Assembly: GCA_041178085.1 (NCBI GenBank)
Contig: JBEGVZ010000029.1
Location: 1 to 11,822, forward strand
Origin: Pseudomonadota bacterium
Lineage (GTDB): Bacteria > Bdellovibrionota_B > Oligoflexia > Oligoflexales > RGVZ01
Reading direction: 5' to 3'
Length of the DNA stretch: 11,822 nucleotides
In this document: positions 1 through 6,990 of the stretch, in pieces
Layout: each line of letters starts with the position of its first letter
Numbering within the stretch: the stretch's first letter is position 1
The notes under the pieces: model-generated
The model's database searches: none
The model's input: the letters and a program-made list of their open reading frames with translations, nothing else
What the model was told of the DNA's origin: nothing
Translations under genes and position numbers: made by a program

Positions 1-2
1 CA

Positions 3-1970
3 GGCGCAGCTGGCATCCGCACGGACCTCCAAATGTCGGTGCCGGGGGGAATATCCCAGGTGGCGCAGGTCCGGGTCCTGTTGAGCGACCTGGGTCCTTC
101 TGTCGCCCTTGAAGTTCAGCGTCCACCGGTTGCCAACCCGCAGCTTCGCGTCGCCCTTGAGCCGCGTTCCGGCGTCGGAACGGTCCTTGTGGTGCCAGAG
201 GAGCACATCGTCGAGGGCGGTGATTTGGCCCGCGTGTCCTACACCCAGGTTCTGGCCGGGGCTACCCAGTCAATGCTGGTTCCTGGTGGCAACGGGCAGA
301 TCCTGGTCACAGGCCCGGGCGCGATTACCCAGGGTCAGTCTGCGGTTCAGGCTCAGTTTCCACGGGTTGACAGCAATTTCCTGGCGGCCGCCATGACGCG
401 GCTGCGGATCATTCCGGCTACCCCGGATCACTCTTTGCGGGGTGCGATCTTTTTTGGGGATGAAGCGGTGCAGAGCGGCTTCAAGCATGCACTGGAGCAG
501 GAGCTTGGCAATTCCTACGATGTGGTCACGACCGGATCAGCGGGCAAGACAGACGCGGCTTCCCGCCAACAGGGTTCCTTGGAGGCTGGTTGGATCGGCA
601 ATGACAGCGGCCAGCCGCTCCTGATGGTTACGGGCGCCAATGGATGGCAGATCAGGATTCCGCGGGAAAAATATTCAGCCAGTGAAACCCCTTTGCCGCT
701 GGTGTTCAAGAGCAGCTTGCCGCCGGGTAGCATCGATGGGCTCGAACCTTTGGTGCAGCAGCGGCAGGAGCCGCTCGCAGAGGTGACCTTTGAGTCAGCG
801 CAAGGCTTGGCTCCGGACTTGCTGGCTGTTGTGCCGATCGGCTCGTACCGGGAAGAACGGAAGTTGTTGATCAAGGCCAGTCCGGCTGAAGGCATGACCC
901 CGATTGCCCGTGGCGTGCTGGCGGTGACGCGCTGGCCGGCTCGCATGAATTTGCCGCAGGGTGTGTTCGAGGCATTTTACATGGCGCGCGGAAGGGGCAT
1001 CCTATGTCGCGTGCCTTTCGATGTTTCGCGTCAGCGCATCGACAGAGGGATGCCGCCAGTGACATGCAGCCCGGGATGGCGTGGCGTTGCCGCTGCGGCA
1101 GGACAAAAGCCGATGCGGCTGGCGGAGCTGGACGCGGTGAAGTCAGCGTCATGGTTGCCACCCAACTTTTTTACCGTTCAAAACCGTGCGCTTGGCCTTG
1201 ACTTCAAGCTGGCACCCGCGCCGTCACCTGCGACCCAGGAAATTTTTCGGCGCATGAACGACCTGGATTTCGACCCGCCAGAGTCCCTTGGTCCTGCCCC
1301 CGCCGCGGGACCACGTTTTCTCGTGTACCCTTGTGGAATGGGTCAAGGTGTCATGGCGTCGATACGTTCCATGCGCGTCGCTGCGCGTGATGCCGTGCAA
1401 GTTTTTCCGTTCCATTCCTGCGACGGGGCTTATGCAGACGAACAGGCCCTCGCGATGGCGGAGGACGCGCGTCGCTCCGGGGCCAGGGTTGCACTGCTGC
1501 CGTCCACCTTCTCGAGCATGCTGGATGAACGGGAACCACTGCTGGACCGGATCTTTCCATGGGAAACACTTGCGACGGGCACTGGCGGCGATCAGGTTCA
1601 TCCACTATCGATCGGCAGGGCAGGTACGTTCGTTGAAGTTACTTCAAGTCGCCGGATCGACGGAGATCGGATCGAAGCGACGCTGAAAGTTGGAAGAATG
1701 ACGCGAGGGTTGCGTTACGTGGACACGCCTTGGGTGCCGCGCCGGATCGTTGCCTTGTCCGGCGGCAAGGTGCTCGGTGAGTGGGTGCTTGAAGCGGCGC
1801 GCAGCGATTACAAGGTGATTTTTCGCGTTGCCAGCACGGAGGCTGGAAAGCAAACTAGGTTGCCGGTGCGATTTGTGGTCACTGGCAGGATGGACGGGAT
1901 GGTTGCTTATCTGTTGCAGGCAAGCGGAGATTTCCCGGTGGCGACAACCCAGTTCATGGACGTGCCCTGA
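3..1970 (+). CDS. Large hypothetical protein, probably 5'-truncated by the window edge (>=645 aa)
   Basis: ORF track 33..1970; the frame is open back to base 3 with no stop. Its TGA overlaps the next ATG (TGATG, 1968-1972). No family motif recognised. Confidence 0.75.
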   Translation, partial: GAAGIRTDLQMSVPGGISQVAQVRVLLSDLGPSVALEVQRPPVANPQLRVALEPRSGVGTVLVVPEEHIVEGGDLARVSYTQVLAGATQSMLVPGGNGQILVTGPGAITQGQSAVQAQFPRVDSNFLAAAMTRLRIIPATPDHSLRGAIFFGDEAVQSGFKHALEQELGNSYDVVTTGSAGKTDAASRQQGSLEAGWIGNDSGQPLLMVTGANGWQIRIPREKYSASETPLPLVFKSSLPPGSIDGLEPLVQQRQEPLAEVTFESAQGLAPDLLAVVPIGSYREERKLLIKASPAEGMTPIARGVLAVTRWPARMNLPQGVFEAFYMARGRGILCRVPFDVSRQRIDRGMPPVTCSPGWRGVAAAAGQKPMRLAELDAVKSASWLPPNFFTVQNRALGLDFKLAPAPSPATQEIFRRMNDLDFDPPESLGPAPAAGPRFLVYPCGMGQGVMASIRSMRVAARDAVQVFPFHSCDGAYADEQALAMAEDARRSGARVALLPSTFSSMLDEREPLLDRIFPWETLATGTGGDQVHPLSIGRAGTFVEVTSSRRIDGDRIEATLKVGRMTRGLRYVDTPWVPRRIVALSGGKVLGEWVLEAARSDYKVIFRVASTEAGKQTRLPVRFVVTGRMDGMVAYLLQASGDFPVATTQFMDVP

Positions 1971-3379
1971 TGAATCAGAATGCGAAAGACCAATCGGCAA
2001 GCCGCCAAACTTCGCCCTCAGTTGCGATGCCGCCTGAAGACGAGCCCGTTCGCTTGATTCCGCAGGAGGTGATCCGCCAAAAGCGCGATGGTCAGGAGCT
2101 TTCCCTGGATACCATTCGTGGTTTTTTTGGCGGATTCCTGGTTGGCGATGTTGAAGATTACCAGATGACGGCATTCCTCATGGCAACTTTGCTGCGCGGC
2201 ATGTCTGCGCGCGAGACCGCCGATTTGACCACAGTCATGCGTGACAGTGGCGAGGTCCTGACCTGGGATTATCCCCGTGATTTAGTGGTCGATAAACACT
2301 CAACGGGCGGAATCGGTGACAAGACATCCCTCGTCCTGCTGCCGCTTTGCGTGATCGAAGGGCTCTATGTCCCGATGATCGCCGGGCGTGGTCTTGGCCA
2401 TACGGGCGGCACCCTGGACAAGCTGGAATCGATCCCCGGCATGCAGGTGCGCTTGACGACAGAAAAGATGCGCAAGTTGATGGACCAGCATCACGGTGGT
2501 TTTTTCGGGCAGACCGAGGAAATCGCGCCGCTGGACCGGCGCATTTATTCGTTGCGCGATGTGACGGCGACCGTTGAGTCCATTCCGTTGATCACCGCGT
2601 CCATCTTGTCAAAAAAACTTGCCGAGGGAATTGGCGGCCTGGTCATGGACGTGAAGTTCGGCAGCGGTGCCTTCATGCGTGAAAAGCAAGAAGCCGAAGC
2701 CCTCGCGCGGATGATCTTCGACACGGCGAGTCGCCTTGGCTTGAACATCCGCTGTTGTCTGACGGACATGGGATCTCCCCTGGGCAATACGGCAGGCAAT
2801 GGCCTTGAAATCGCGGAGGTCATCGACATTCTCAAGGACGAAGGGCCTGCCGACTCAACCCTTTTGAGTATCGAACTGGCTGCACACATGATCTGTCTGG
2901 CAAGGCCGGATTCCAATTTCAAGGCCACTTGCGAGCGTCTGCGCAGGCATCTTTCAAGCGGCAAAGCCTTCGAGGTATTTTCCCAGATTGTCGGGGCTCA
3001 AGGTGGTGAACGCCGGGTGCTCGATGACCGCAACTGGTTCTTGAAGGCATCAGTGCGACAGCGCCTTGAGGTTCCGGCTCAATTCAACAACGGTTGCGTC
3101 ATCAAATCCATCGATGTCCGCAGGCTGGGCATCGCCATCCAGGTGCTTGGTGGCGGTCGTAGAAAAGTGAGCGACGTCATCAACCCCTTTGTTGGCTTGA
3201 CGGGGCTTCGGCGTGTCGGGCAAGTCTTGGAACCAGGTGAGCCGATGCTGGAGATCCACGCGCACACGGTTGATGACGCGGCTCTCGTCACATCAATGCT
3301 GTCGGGAGCATTCGTCCTGGGCGATCCCGGGGAAGCGGTCGTGGCGGATGAACTTGTCTGGAAAGTGATGGAGAAGTGA
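1970..3379 (+). CDS. deoA: Thymidine phosphorylase / pyrimidine-nucleoside phosphorylase
   Basis: Motifs DKHSTGGIGDKTS, GRGLGHTGGTLDKLESIPG, LRDVTATVESIPLITASILSKKLAEG, DVKFGSGAFM, LGGGR. PMI(A)GRG resembles thymidine phosphorylase (Met) rather than PyNP (AKMSGRG). About 25 extra low-complexity N-terminal residues; start could be a later Met. Confidence 0.93.
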   Translation: MNQNAKDQSASRQTSPSVAMPPEDEPVRLIPQEVIRQKRDGQELSLDTIRGFFGGFLVGDVEDYQMTAFLMATLLRGMSARETADLTTVMRDSGEVLTWDYPRDLVVDKHSTGGIGDKTSLVLLPLCVIEGLYVPMIAGRGLGHTGGTLDKLESIPGMQVRLTTEKMRKLMDQHHGGFFGQTEEIAPLDRRIYSLRDVTATVESIPLITASILSKKLAEGIGGLVMDVKFGSGAFMREKQEAEALARMIFDTASRLGLNIRCCLTDMGSPLGNTAGNGLEIAEVIDILKDEGPADSTLLSIELAAHMICLARPDSNFKATCERLRRHLSSGKAFEVFSQIVGAQGGERRVLDDRNWFLKASVRQRLEVPAQFNNGCVIKSIDVRRLGIAIQVLGGGRRKVSDVINPFVGLTGLRRVGQVLEPGEPMLEIHAHTVDDAALVTSMLSGAFVLGDPGEAVVADELVWKVMEK

Positions 3380-3900
3380 TGCAGTTCAAACCGCTCTTTG
3401 ACGAGGCCACTCTTGCGCGGCGGGTGGCAGAGCTGGGCAAGGAAATTTCAGCGGCGATTCCTGCTACGGATACGGAGCCACTGGTTGTCATCTGCATTCT
3501 CAAAGGAGCTTTCATGTTTGCGGCGGACTTGGTTCGTCACATCAAGATTCCTTTGGAAATCGACTTCATGGGACTCGCCAGCTATGAGGGAACCAAGTCA
3601 TCGGGTGAGATCAAGGTCACGCGGGAAATAGCTGCCCGTATTGAAGGTCGTCATGTGCTTGTGGTCGAGGACATTGTCGACACCGGAACAACCCTGGATT
3701 TCCTGCGTGAGCAGTTGACCCGGAAGAAGCCAAAGTCGCTACGCTTTTGCACCCTTCTTTCCAAGCCAGAGGCCCATCAGACCAAGACGGCGATTGAATT
3801 CGTGGGATTCGAGATTTCGCGCGAATTCGTGATTGGATACGGGCTCGACCTTGACCAGCGATATCGGGAGCTTCCGTATATTGCCCAGGTGGTAACCTGA
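3379..3900 (+). CDS. hpt: Hypoxanthine phosphoribosyltransferase
   Basis: Motifs CILKGAFMF, VLVVEDIVDTGTTL (PRPP loop), FVIGYGLD, YRELPYI. ATG 3379 overlaps the upstream TGA; GTG 3376 is an alternative start. GGAG upstream. Confidence 0.95.
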   Translation: MQFKPLFDEATLARRVAELGKEISAAIPATDTEPLVVICILKGAFMFAADLVRHIKIPLEIDFMGLASYEGTKSSGEIKVTREIAARIEGRHVLVVEDIVDTGTTLDFLREQLTRKKPKSLRFCTLLSKPEAHQTKTAIEFVGFEISREFVIGYGLDLDQRYRELPYIAQVVT

Positions 3901-3916
3901 TCTTTTTGCGCCCACA

Positions 3917-3944
3917 TCAAGTTCAGGCCTTTTTTTTCCGATAG
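3917..3944 (+). promoter_or_regulatory. Sigma28 (FliA)-like promoter for the lectin gene
   Basis: TCAAG-N15-TCCGATAG versus consensus TAAAG/TCAAG-N14-15-GCCGATAA, intergenic, 27 nt before ATG 3972. Confidence 0.6.
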
Positions 3945-3971
3945 AAATCAGGATTCTTCGGGGGATGAAAG

Positions 3972-4580
3972 ATGCGCCTGCTTTCAGTGATCGCGCTACT
4001 TATGATGACCGTCGCCTGCCGTTTTGAGCGGCCGGGCGACGTGGTTTCCTATGGGGACAACGGTGCCGGGGCGCAGGGCACGCAGACTTCCAGTGGCGCT
4101 GCGCCGGGCGACGCCCAGAGGAACACTCTGGACCGAAGCATCCAGGGGGATGCTGGGGTCCAGGACGGAAAGGCCGCGGATCAAAATGGTCAGGTCGGTG
4201 GCGGCACTTCCGATACACCACCGCCGCGCTCGCAGTTACTTCCCGGCCAGTCGCTGGGCGTCAACGAGACGTTGACGGTCACCACCAACGCAGGGTGTCG
4301 TTTTGAATTGATCCTTCAAGGTGATGGCAACCTGGTGCTCTATTACAACGGCACCGCGAAGTGGAGTAGCGCGACGGTCAACCAGGGGGGGCAACGGTTG
4401 TTGCTGCAAACGGACGGCAACCTGGTCCTTTACACGGCGGCGAATACCGCCGTCTGGAACACGAGAACATTCAACCAGGCGATCAGTCACCTGGTCTTGC
4501 AATCCGACGGGAACCTGGTTCTTTACCGGACGAACAATTCAGCTGCCTGGAACTCGGGCTCGGTGGTTCCCGGCTGCTGA
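3972..4580 (+). CDS. Lipoprotein with C-terminal bulb-type (GNA/B-type) mannose-binding lectin domain
   Basis: Signal peptide with lipobox TVAC (Cys16); G/A/Q/T/P-rich tether; three intact QxDxNxVxY motifs each followed by a W-S/N-S/T motif; GGGGA SD. Confidence 0.9.
   Translation: MRLLSVIALLMMTVACRFERPGDVVSYGDNGAGAQGTQTSSGAAPGDAQRNTLDRSIQGDAGVQDGKAADQNGQVGGGTSDTPPPRSQLLPGQSLGVNETLTVTTNAGCRFELILQGDGNLVLYYNGTAKWSSATVNQGGQRLLLQTDGNLVLYTAANTAVWNTRTFNQAISHLVLQSDGNLVLYRTNNSAAWNSGSVVPGC
4317..4526 (+). repeat. Three coding repeats of the lectin sugar-binding motif
   Basis: QGDGNLVLY 4317-4343, QTDGNLVLY 4407-4433, QSDGNLVLY 4500-4526; DNA core GAYGGSAACCTGGT; periods 90 and 93 nt. Confidence 0.9.
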
Positions 4581-4598
4581 ATTCCTCGATGGATCAAA

Positions 4599-4868
4599 TC
4601 AGGACAATGTCTTGAGGTCTGAGATCAACTTGTTGATCTTGTCCAGGCTTGTGCGAATCCGCTGCAGGCGGTCGCCGAAGTCATTGGCTTCGGTTTTGAT
4701 CTTCTCGGAGTCGCCGATCTTTCCTGTCAGGTGGCTGACGTAAAGCGGCTTGCGGTCATTGCGGACAAATTCCTCCGCTGACTCCTTGCGACGCTTGAAG
4801 GCGTCCAGGCTTACGATGTTTTGCTTGGATGAATTGGTGGCAGGGATGTTTTTGTCTTCAAAGTTCAT
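4599..4868 (-). CDS. Small hypothetical protein (89 aa) with IVSLDAFKRRK motif and C-terminal amphipathic/coiled-coil helix
   Basis: ATG at 4868 with GTGGAAG upstream (the ORF track extends to TTG 4901); natural charged composition; heptad-like tail DFGDRLQRIRTSLDKINKLISDLK. Confidence 0.8.
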   Translation of the reverse strand: MNFEDKNIPATNSSKQNIVSLDAFKRRKESAEEFVRNDRKPLYVSHLTGKIGDSEKIKTEANDFGDRLQRIRTSLDKINKLISDLKTLS

Positions 4869-5015
4869 GTCAGCTTCCACTTCAAGATCAGCATTCAACA
4901 ACAGCTAAAGACCAGCAACAACAACAGGAACAGCAAAAGGAAAAAACTGCAAACATAGCGAACAAACGATGCCAGACAGTACAGTAACCAAACACTCAGC
5001 AAACAAACCCTTGGG

Positions 5016-5036
5016 GACCGTCACCTTGCGGCGGTC
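5016..5036 (-). terminator. GNRA-capped hairpin followed by U-rich tract; terminator or processing site
   Basis: Minus strand GACCG-CC-GCAA-GG-(TGA)-CGGTC directly at the stop of the 72-aa gene, then CCCAAGGG and TTTGTTTG. Confidence 0.4.
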
Positions 5037-5253
5037 AGTCCTTGAGCTTGTATGACTTGATCACACCCTTGTTGGCTTGAAGCCGCTCGCGGCGCATCCG
5101 GTCAAGGTTTTCGGCGTTGCGGCGCATGATGTCCGCAAACGATTCGCCAGTGGAGGCTTTAGGTGCAGCGCTCTTTGCCGGCTCGTCGACGGACTTGCGC
5201 GCGCTGAAGATGGATACCACCTTGTCTTTGTTCGGATCTGTATGACCTTGCAT
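5035..5253 (-). CDS. Small basic hypothetical protein (72 aa)
   Basis: ATG at 5253 preceded by a strong SD (GGAGGTCTCTC-ATG). The longer GTG start at 5349 lies in the promoter and is unlikely. Protein MQGHTDPNKDKVVSIFSARK...SFADIMRRNAENLDRMRRERLQANKGVIKSYKLKD. Confidence 0.82.
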   Translation of the reverse strand: MQGHTDPNKDKVVSIFSARKSVDEPAKSAAPKASTGESFADIMRRNAENLDRMRRERLQANKGVIKSYKLKD

Positions 5254-5332
5254 GAGAGACCTCCGTCTTTTGCACTCAACCAGCTTCCGCAGCAAGAGAG
5301 CCGGGGCACGCCCTGCTCTTGTTACCTGTCTG

Positions 5333-5348
5333 AGCAATCCCTGTGCCA
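5333..5348 (-). promoter_or_regulatory. Sigma54 (RpoN) -24/-12 promoter
   Basis: Minus strand TGGCACAGGGATTGCT = TGGCAC-N5-TTGCW with exact GG-N10-GC spacing; predicted start near 5322, about 70 nt above ATG 5253. Confidence 0.85.
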
Positions 5349-5432
5349 CGGATCAGCCCGCAGGCCACACCGGGCTCCGGGGACGAATAAAACCTTCTGC
5401 GAGCCACAACCGGAAATAGTTTCTTCTTATGA

Positions 5433-5445
5433 AAACAATTAGTTA
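5433..5445. promoter_or_regulatory. IHF-like site upstream of the sigma54 promoter
   Basis: AAACAATTAGTTA, one mismatch to WATCAANNNNTTR, in an AT-rich patch (5415-5450). Confidence 0.4.
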
Positions 5446-5631
5446 AAGATGAGAAGCCCGCACTGCGCCCACTCCGGTCCAAGCCAGCCCTCCGCAGTCG
5501 CCACCCTAAAAAACATCAGGGGGGCTTGAGTGTTGGCTGACAGCCGTTCAAAATTTTTACAGGTCGTGTGTTCCGGGGGCGGACCCCAAATCCTTACCGC
5601 AGTCGGGCAAGGTAATGCAGGAAATGGCAAA

Positions 5632-6216
5632 ATGCAAAAAAAAATTGTTAAAAATCAGCCAGTTGTAGAGTCCGCCAGATCCCTATGGTTGGACTTCGAA
5701 CGTCACCTTGATGCCGGGCGGATGGAGTCTGGGGCGCGCAAATTCCAATCTGATGGGCATTTGCCGCCTTCCTGGGTGCGCATGGGGGAGGGGGCGGATC
5801 AGGTGGTCATTGGCCCTGCCCATGCGCCATACGTGGTCTGTCTGCCCAAACATGCCTTTCTGGAGCAACTTGGCAAAGGGGGCCGGGAATGGCTGGCCTC
5901 AGTTTCGCTGGTTGCGCGTGAGGCCAGGCAAAGGCTGATGGAGGCGGACTTTGTGACTTTGGTGCCACCCATGTCCGTCATGGCCAATCCGAGTGGTCTG
6001 ATCATGGCTAAGGGGACACCAAGGTTCAATGGTGTGCCGCCTATGGAGATCGTGGAAAACACACGCACTCTGTTAAAGGATCTGGGCCTCGCGCTCGAAG
6101 ACTCACCCCAATGCGCGCTGGCCGGTGATGGCGTCTGGTTTATTCATGACTGGTCGGACTTGCGGGGCAAGGCCAAGGCTTCAAGTCAGGCCTTGGACTC
6201 GTCGATCAGTTTTTGA
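5632..6216 (+). CDS. Hypothetical protein (194 aa), possible minimal protein-kinase-like fold
   Basis: ATG 5632 with AGGA upstream (ORF track starts at GTG 5530). Ordered motifs MGEGADQVV, YVVCLPK, LIMAKG, LGLALEDSPQC, FIHDWSDL. The 3' end overlaps the convergent gene by 31 nt. Confidence 0.65.
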   Translation: MQKKIVKNQPVVESARSLWLDFERHLDAGRMESGARKFQSDGHLPPSWVRMGEGADQVVIGPAHAPYVVCLPKHAFLEQLGKGGREWLASVSLVAREARQRLMEADFVTLVPPMSVMANPSGLIMAKGTPRFNGVPPMEIVENTRTLLKDLGLALEDSPQCALAGDGVWFIHDWSDLRGKAKASSQALDSSISF

Positions 6217-6629
6217 AATCCCGTCATCATCAACGGCAGGTTTGCTTTTGCCACCTGGTCCGTGATTGCGCTCGGGATCAGTCCTTTGAACTTGATGTCC
6301 AGCTTGTACGTGGCGTGGGTCTTGTTCTTCTCTTTGGCTTTGGCCTTGAACGTCCACGAACCGTTGTTGGACTTGAGGATGTTGGAGTCATCAAGGGTCC
6401 ACCAGATTTTCTTCGGGCCATCCTCGAACATGTTCAGGACATAGAAGAAAGTCTTGACGATGTTGAGCTCATACCGGACCTGACAAACCGAGCCTTTTTC
6501 CTTTGCCGGCAACACATCAATGCGGGTAACGCCCGGCAAGTATTGGGGGTAGAGGTCATATTTGCGGATTGCCTCAAAAACGGACTCCATGCCACCGTTG
6601 AAGGTGGTTTCTGTTTCCAGGCTCGCCAT
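6186..6629 (-). CDS. SRPBCC/START-fold protein (polyketide cyclase, Coq10/RatA-like)
   Basis: 147 aa; VFEAIRKYDLYPQYLPGV N-terminal pattern, NNGSWTF, C-terminal long helix; SD GGAAGGGAG. Confidence 0.85.
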   Translation of the reverse strand: MASLETETTFNGGMESVFEAIRKYDLYPQYLPGVTRIDVLPAKEKGSVCQVRYELNIVKTFFYVLNMFEDGPKKIWWTLDDSNILKSNNGSWTFKAKAKEKNKTHATYKLDIKFKGLIPSAITDQVAKANLPLMMTGFQKLIDESKA

Positions 6630-6631
6630 GC

Positions 6632-6661
6632 TTGACTCCCTTCCTTTCGGCTCGCTAATCT
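6632..6661 (+). promoter_or_regulatory. Possible sigma70 promoter for khpA-nagZ
   Basis: TTGACT-N18-TAATCT in the divergent gap; the -35 lies opposite the ribosome-binding region of the SRPBCC gene. Confidence 0.35.
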
Positions 6662-6718
6662 AATAACAGGTGTGTCTGGTCTGGTCGCTCTCAATTCCAC
6701 AGTTGGCCTGTAGCTCAT

Positions 6719-6985
6719 ATGGATAATGCAATGATTAATGATGACGTGTCGATGAAAGAGTTGGTCGAATTTATCGCCAAGGCGCTGGTCGACGAAGTCG
6801 GCAGGATCGAAATCAGCGAACTCTCTGGCAATCAGACCAACATCATTGAACTGAAGGTCGCCAAGGAAGACATTGGCAAAGTGATTGGCCGCCAGGGCCG
6901 CACAGCCGACGCGATCCGGACGATCCTGAACTGTGCCGCCGCCAAGCTGAACAAGCGGTACATCCTTCAGATCATCGACGAATAG
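6719..6985 (+). CDS. khpA: KH-domain RNA-binding protein KhpA (YlqC/UPF0109 family)
   Basis: MKELVEFIAKALVD...ELKVAKEDIGKVIGRQGRTADAIRTIL, typical KH_4 with GxxG loop. In-frame ATGs at 6719, 6731 and 6752; family homology begins at 6752. Confidence 0.92.
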   Translation: MDNAMINDDVSMKELVEFIAKALVDEVGRIEISELSGNQTNIIELKVAKEDIGKVIGRQGRTADAIRTILNCAAAKLNKRYILQIIDE

Positions 6986-6990
6986 TCGCC

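Noticed and set aside
4317..4526. Regularly spaced DNA repeats suggesting CRISPR or a DGR template/variable pair
   Set aside because: They are in-frame lectin subdomain repeats differing at synonymous positions; no cas or reverse transcriptase gene is present.
3972..4580. LlpA/LlpB lectin-like bacteriocin
   Set aside because: The protein has a lipoprotein signal and tether and only one lectin domain with no extra extension; an anchored lectin fits better.
5254..5349. Longer 104-aa version of the 72-aa ORF
   Set aside because: Its GTG start lies in the sigma54 -24 box, upstream of the predicted transcription start; ATG 5253 has a strong SD.
5531..5545. Palindrome GGCTG-A-CAGCC as a sigma54 activator site
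   Set aside because: Arms of only 5 bp, expected by chance; no activator gene in the window to compare with.
5254..5631. tRNA, riboswitch or other known ncRNA in the long intergenic region
   Set aside because: No cloverleaf or riboswitch consensus recognised by eye; the region is explained by divergent promoters. An Rfam cmscan would be needed to exclude it.
6186..6629. RatA/PasT toxin-antitoxin module
   Set aside because: No RatB/RnfH partner or smpB nearby; the SRPBCC fold alone does not imply toxicity.
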